Source: Octopus bimaculoides
Lineage: Eukaryota
Assembly: GCF_001194135.2 (NCBI RefSeq)
Contig: NC_068988.1
Span: forward strand, 7,822,723 to 7,861,395
Length of the DNA: 38,673 nucleotides
Direction of reading: 5' to 3'
The first letter of the stretch is position 1, and every line of letters begins with the position of its first letter. The notes beneath the pieces were generated by a model. That model saw only the letters and a list, made by a program, of their open reading frames with translations, was not told the origin of the DNA and did not search any database. The position numbers were made by a program, and so were the translations under genes. Below are positions 34,277 to 38,673 of this stretch, in pieces.

Positions 34277-34805
34277 CTCTTTACTCTTTACTCTTTTACT
34301 TGTTTCAGTCACGTGACTGTGGCCATGCTGGAGCACCGCCTTTAGTCGAGCAAATCGATCAAGGACTTATTCTTTGTAAGCCTAGTACTTATTCTATCGG
34401 TCCCTTTTGCCGAACCGCTAAGTTACGAGGACATAAACACACCAACATCGGTTTGTCAAGCGATGTTGGGGAGACAAACACAGACACACAAACACACACA
34501 CACACACAAACACACACACATACACACACACACACACAGACACACACACACACAGACACACACACATATACATATATACGACGGGCTTCTATCAGTTTCC
34601 GTCTACCAAATCCACTCACNNNNNNNNNNACACACACACACAGACACACACACACACAGACACACACACATATACATATATACGACGGGCTTCTATCAGT
34701 TTCCGTCTACCAAATCCACTCACAAGGCTTTGGTCGGTCCGAGGCTATAGTAGAAGACACTTGCCCAAGGTGCTACGTAGTGGGACTGAACCCGGAGCCA
34801 TGGGG
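34277..34805 (-). mobile_element. SINE family C, 5'-truncated, with assembly overlap at 34620-34629
   Basis: ctcttttacttgtttcagtc...ggccatgctggagcaccgcc...cgacgggcttc...agtgggactgaacccgg. Confidence 0.9.
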
Positions 34806-35706
34806 TTCACCACACAACCTGTGCTAATAGAATAGGGAGGTGGTTTTTAGGGCCTTTTTAAAGGTTGCTTCATAAGAAACACGCCTAATTATGCTTTTGT
34901 CTAAATTGTCTAATGCCTGATGCCGGATGGTTAGAGCGTCTATTGCTGTAAAAGGTGCCATCACTAGGTTTAAGAAGGGATTATATATTTGGCTGTACAA
35001 AGGTTCCTATTAATATCTAGAAAATTGACTTCTCTGAGGCTTGTTTTTTGATTCTTAAACTAAGATGAGTAAATAACTTGAATGATTTTTCTTTTGTTAC
35101 CCATTTTCTGGCCATTCTTATAACGCACCATTCCTAGACCGTCGTCGCCATACGACCATAGGTTAGCTTTATTTTATTTCAAGTTCATGCATGATATAAA
35201 AGTGGATTGGGTCTGCTATTTCTCTCTGCCCATTGCGGCATTAAAGAGTTCACTGCCATTCGATTTGTGTTTGCTGAACTCAGATTCTTGCAGAGAGTAG
35301 ACTTTTGGCTATCGAGAGGTAAAACACAATATCAAATTGGATTATTGACTTTATCATGGTTAATTGGCTTACATCATTCAGTAATGGTGGTGTTGAAATT
35401 GTCATATCCCACGTGAAGAAATCCAAAATGGATTTAGTAATCATTATGGGTTTATATCATAATTTTAAACCCATTCTATTAACAATTATGAGTGCTGCTT
35501 CTTCTGATTCATCGATTATTGGACAACTCACTCTCTCTCTCTCAATCTCACTCGCTCTTTCTCACTCACACTGTCACTCTCACTCTCACTCACACTTTCT
35601 CTCTCTCTTTCTCCCTCCCCCACTCTCTCTCTCTCTCTTTCTCCCCCCCCCCGCTCTGTCTTTCTCTTTCTGTATATATATGTCTGCGTGTAAGTACCTT
35701 TTATTT

Positions 35707-36095
35707 TCTATCTTTTACTTGTTTCAGTATTTAGACCGCGGTCATGCTAGGGCACCACCTTGAAGAATTTAATCGAATGAATCGACTCCAGTAGTTGTTT
35801 TTTTTAAGCATGCTACTTATTCTATCGGTCTCTTTAGCCGAACAGCAAAGTAACGGGGACGTAAACACACTAACACCGGTTATCAAGCGGTGGTAGGAGA
35901 CAAACACAAGCACAAAAATACACACACACACACAATGGGCTTCTTTCAGTTTCCCTCTACCAAAAGCCCTCACGAGGCTTTCGTTGGCCCGGGGCTATAG
36001 TAGAACGCACTTACATACTCAAGGTGCCACGCAGTGGGATGGAACCCAGAACCATGTGGTCGGGAAGCAAATTTCTAACCATACACCCACGCCTG
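35707..36095 (-). mobile_element. SINE family C, more diverged copy
   Basis: cttttacttgtttcag...gcggtcatgctagggcaccacc...gggcttctttcagttt...ggtgccacgcagtgggatggaaccc. Confidence 0.85.
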
Positions 36096-36640
36096 CACTT
36101 ATGCATGTACGCATATCATTACGGATACCTTACAGTATGGCTGCCAAAACAAAAGGAAACTCAAAGTTTAAAAAGACTTAGTTTTAAATCCTCCATTCTA
36201 CTTCGCAAATGAAAGGATGAGAATCACACAATCTCATTCCACCTTCTCTATAAACCGAAACCTAATGCCTACTCAAAGGAAATTAATAATTTTCACATCA
36301 ATAATCCAATAATTTCTCGAAAAGCCTAGATTTTTATATAATCTTTGATGTGTTTTACGCCATTTTAGTTTATTACTAATTTTATCGGCCGTTAAAAATA
36401 ATGGCGATTTCAGTTTAGTTTCTCTTTCTGTTGCTGAGTTTGCAGCTTAATCTCTTTTTGATAGTTATAAAATTACGGCATTTCAATAGTTATCCTCTCC
36501 AATTTAGGACTATTTCAGGTCCTGCTTTTTCTGTTACCACAGCCGCACGATAATCAAACTGCGAAGAAGGAGATTCCTTGACAAGTGGCTTACAGAATCG
36601 CTAAAAACTCACATAAAAACAATTCTTGTTATTTAGGGCA

Positions 36641-37025
36641 TACTCTTTACTTGTTTCAGTCATTTGACTGCAGCTATGCTGGGGCACCGCCTTTAGTCGA
36701 GCAAATCGGCCTCAGGGCTTATTCTTTGGAAGCCTAGTACTTATTCTATCGGTCTATTTTGCCGAACCGCTAAGTTACGGGGACCTAAACACACGACCAT
36801 CGGTTGTCAAGCGATGTTGTGGGGACACAGACACACAAACATACATATATATATACATATATACGACGGGCTTTTTTCAGTTTCCGTCTGCCAAATCCAC
36901 TCACAAGGCTTTGGTCGGCCCGAGGCTATAGTAGAAGACACTTGTCCAAAGTGCCACGCAGTGGGAATGAACCCGGAATTATGTGGTTGGTAAGCAAGCT
37001 ATTTACCACGCAGCCACTCCTACGC
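36641..37025 (-). mobile_element. SINE family C, full length
   Basis: tactctttacttgtttcagtc...cacgcagccactcctacgcc; about 385 bp with internal (CA)(TA) tract. Confidence 0.9.
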
Positions 37026-37117
37026 CTATTTGCATTCGAAGGTTAATTCTCACTCAGATTGTCTTTAATTATTCTTTCGGCCGATATATAAGAATCGCAA
37101 GATAAACGTATGTATTT

Positions 37118-37335
37118 TTTATCTTTATCTCTTACTTGTTTCAGTCAGTAAAGTGAGGCCATGGTGGGGCACGGCCTTGAAGAAAATTTTGTCGAATGAA
37201 TCGACCGCAGTAACCCTTTTTTTTTTTTTTCTACCTGATATTTGTTCTGATCGGTCTCTTTCGCAAACCTGCTAAATTAATGAGTCGTAAACACACCAAC
37301 ACCGGTTGTCAAGCGGTGGTGGGGGACGAACATAG
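37118..37335 (-). mobile_element. SINE family C 3' half
   Basis: cttacttgtttcagtc...ggccatggtggggcacggcc...caccggttgtcaagcggtgg. Confidence 0.8.
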
Positions 37336-37616
37336 AGCACAGACTTAGCGTGTCAATCTACTTCCTTCTGGTTATTAGGATTGAGGTAACTCCTACAGAA
37401 GATACAGAAGCAAAAACAAAAACAAAAAAGAGTGCTATTTTCATTAATATTAATGAAAATGAAGTAGATTGACAAGTTTATATTTTGAACCTGTGGAAGA
37501 CACACAAGATGTCGAAATATCGTTCACCTGATGACAATGGCACCCTTTTTTTTTTGCTTCTCTATCTTCTGGAGGAATTTCCTATACATAATAATAATAA
37601 TAATAATAATAATAAC

Positions 37617-37775
37617 GGTTTCAAATTTGCCACAAGGGCTGCAACTGGTAATTATTTTATCGAACCCGAAAAGATGAAAGGCAAAGTCGACCTCGGCGGA
37701 ATTTGAATTGAGAACGTAAAGATTGCCGCTAAGCATTTCGTCCGGAGTGTTAACGATTCTGCCAGCTCACCACCT
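37617..37775 (-). mobile_element. SINE family A with internal deletion, next to (TAA)n
   Basis: ggtttcaaatttgccacaaggg...gaaaggcaaagtcgacctcggcggaatttgaa...aacgattctgccagctcaccacc. Confidence 0.85.
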
Positions 37776-38634
37776 TGTTAGTTTTTGTATCTATTTTAAT
37801 TCTATGTTCGGTGGATTATCAAAATCAGAAGAATATAGAGAGGGAGGGAAATGCTTTGCAATGTTTGGTGATTCTTTGATTTCACATTCCAATGTGGTTT
37901 GCTTTGGCTTTTATCCATAAGGTTCGTTGACTCGCAGAACGTAAAATAAAATAAAATAAAATAAAATAAAATAAAATGGTAATTGAAAATAAGTTGGAAG
38001 AATTTAGAAACCGATCTTGCATAATATATTCTGACACTGTCAGGTTAATTTGGGGGAAAACGGTTTAAAACTTGAGTGGCATCTCAAATTTAGATGTTCA
38101 TTTTAATAACACCAACAGGTTGATTAATTAACTTACTAATTAACTAGCTCTTGACGTAAGAAGACGAAATTAAACGAAGTAGAGGATGAGAAAATTTAAG
38201 AAAGAAAGAATAAGACTGAGAAACCAATGAAGGGCGACAACAAAATAAATATAAAAAAAAGAAAAGCAAGAAAATTCCCAGAATTCCTTTGAAAGCACAA
38301 TTTCGTTAATTCTTAAAATAACCTAACTTTTTTTGGTCTCTGAGTAAAGTTTATGTGGAAGACATCAAAGCTGGATTAGGAAATTGGTTACTTTTAATTC
38401 CGTAGTCTTTTCCGCTAAAACATTTAATCAACTTTGGTACACGTTCAAAATAGACACTTGCTGTATCTATTTTAATTATTACTGGTCACTTACCTATCTC
38501 TCTCCATCGTCTTTTCATCTATTTATCTACCAACCGTTTATCCATAATGACATATACGCACACATACGCGTGTATATTTTCTTCGTGTACATATTTATGT
38601 ATCTATACTTGTGGTTATCTAACTTTATCTGGGT

Positions 38635-38673
<39 letters not shown>

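Noticed and set aside
34560-34715. Apparent tandem duplication inside a family C SINE
   Set aside because: Identical sequence on both sides of a 10-N join; most simply an unmerged contig overlap
34277-37335. Four consecutive minus-strand family C copies versus mostly plus-strand copies upstream
   Set aside because: Numbers are too small to exceed chance, and contig orientation across gaps is uncertain
37510-37540. Hammerhead ribozyme core (cgaaa...ctgatga)
   Set aside because: Only 10 nt separate the motifs and stem II cannot form

Overview
Eukaryotic, AT-rich, repeat-dense non-coding DNA from a gapped short-read assembly (16 N-runs, about 5.8 kb). The tRNA-derived SINE families and extreme microsatellite load suggest an octopus or other cephalopod genome; this is inference from recall, not a database match. 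No intact protein-coding gene, rRNA, true tRNA or CRISPR array is supported, and the long ORFs in the track are microsatellite or N-run artefacts. Contents: about 21 copies or fragments of SINE family A, about 10 of composite SINE family C, 2 of family D; decayed non-LTR retrotransposons (four restriction-like-endonuclease (RLE) R4/Dong-like 3' ends, an L1/Tx1-like RT fragment, a CR1-group 3' end); and Tc1/mariner-derived non-autonomous elements. Best leads: (1) the CR1-group LINE at 20.9-21.35 kb and SINE family C share a 3' stem-loop with compensatory base changes, suggesting a LINE-SINE partner pair; (2) an RLE retrotransposon family tied to (CATA)n repeats rather than (TAA)n; (3) a foldback element built from two mariner 5' ends, nested with a LINE 3' end inside the internal microsatellite of one SINE; (4) a cluster of candidate minus-strand micro-exons at 16.5-16.7 kb that may belong to an unseen host gene. 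Family labels A, C and D are my own working names; all alignments and translations were done by eye.
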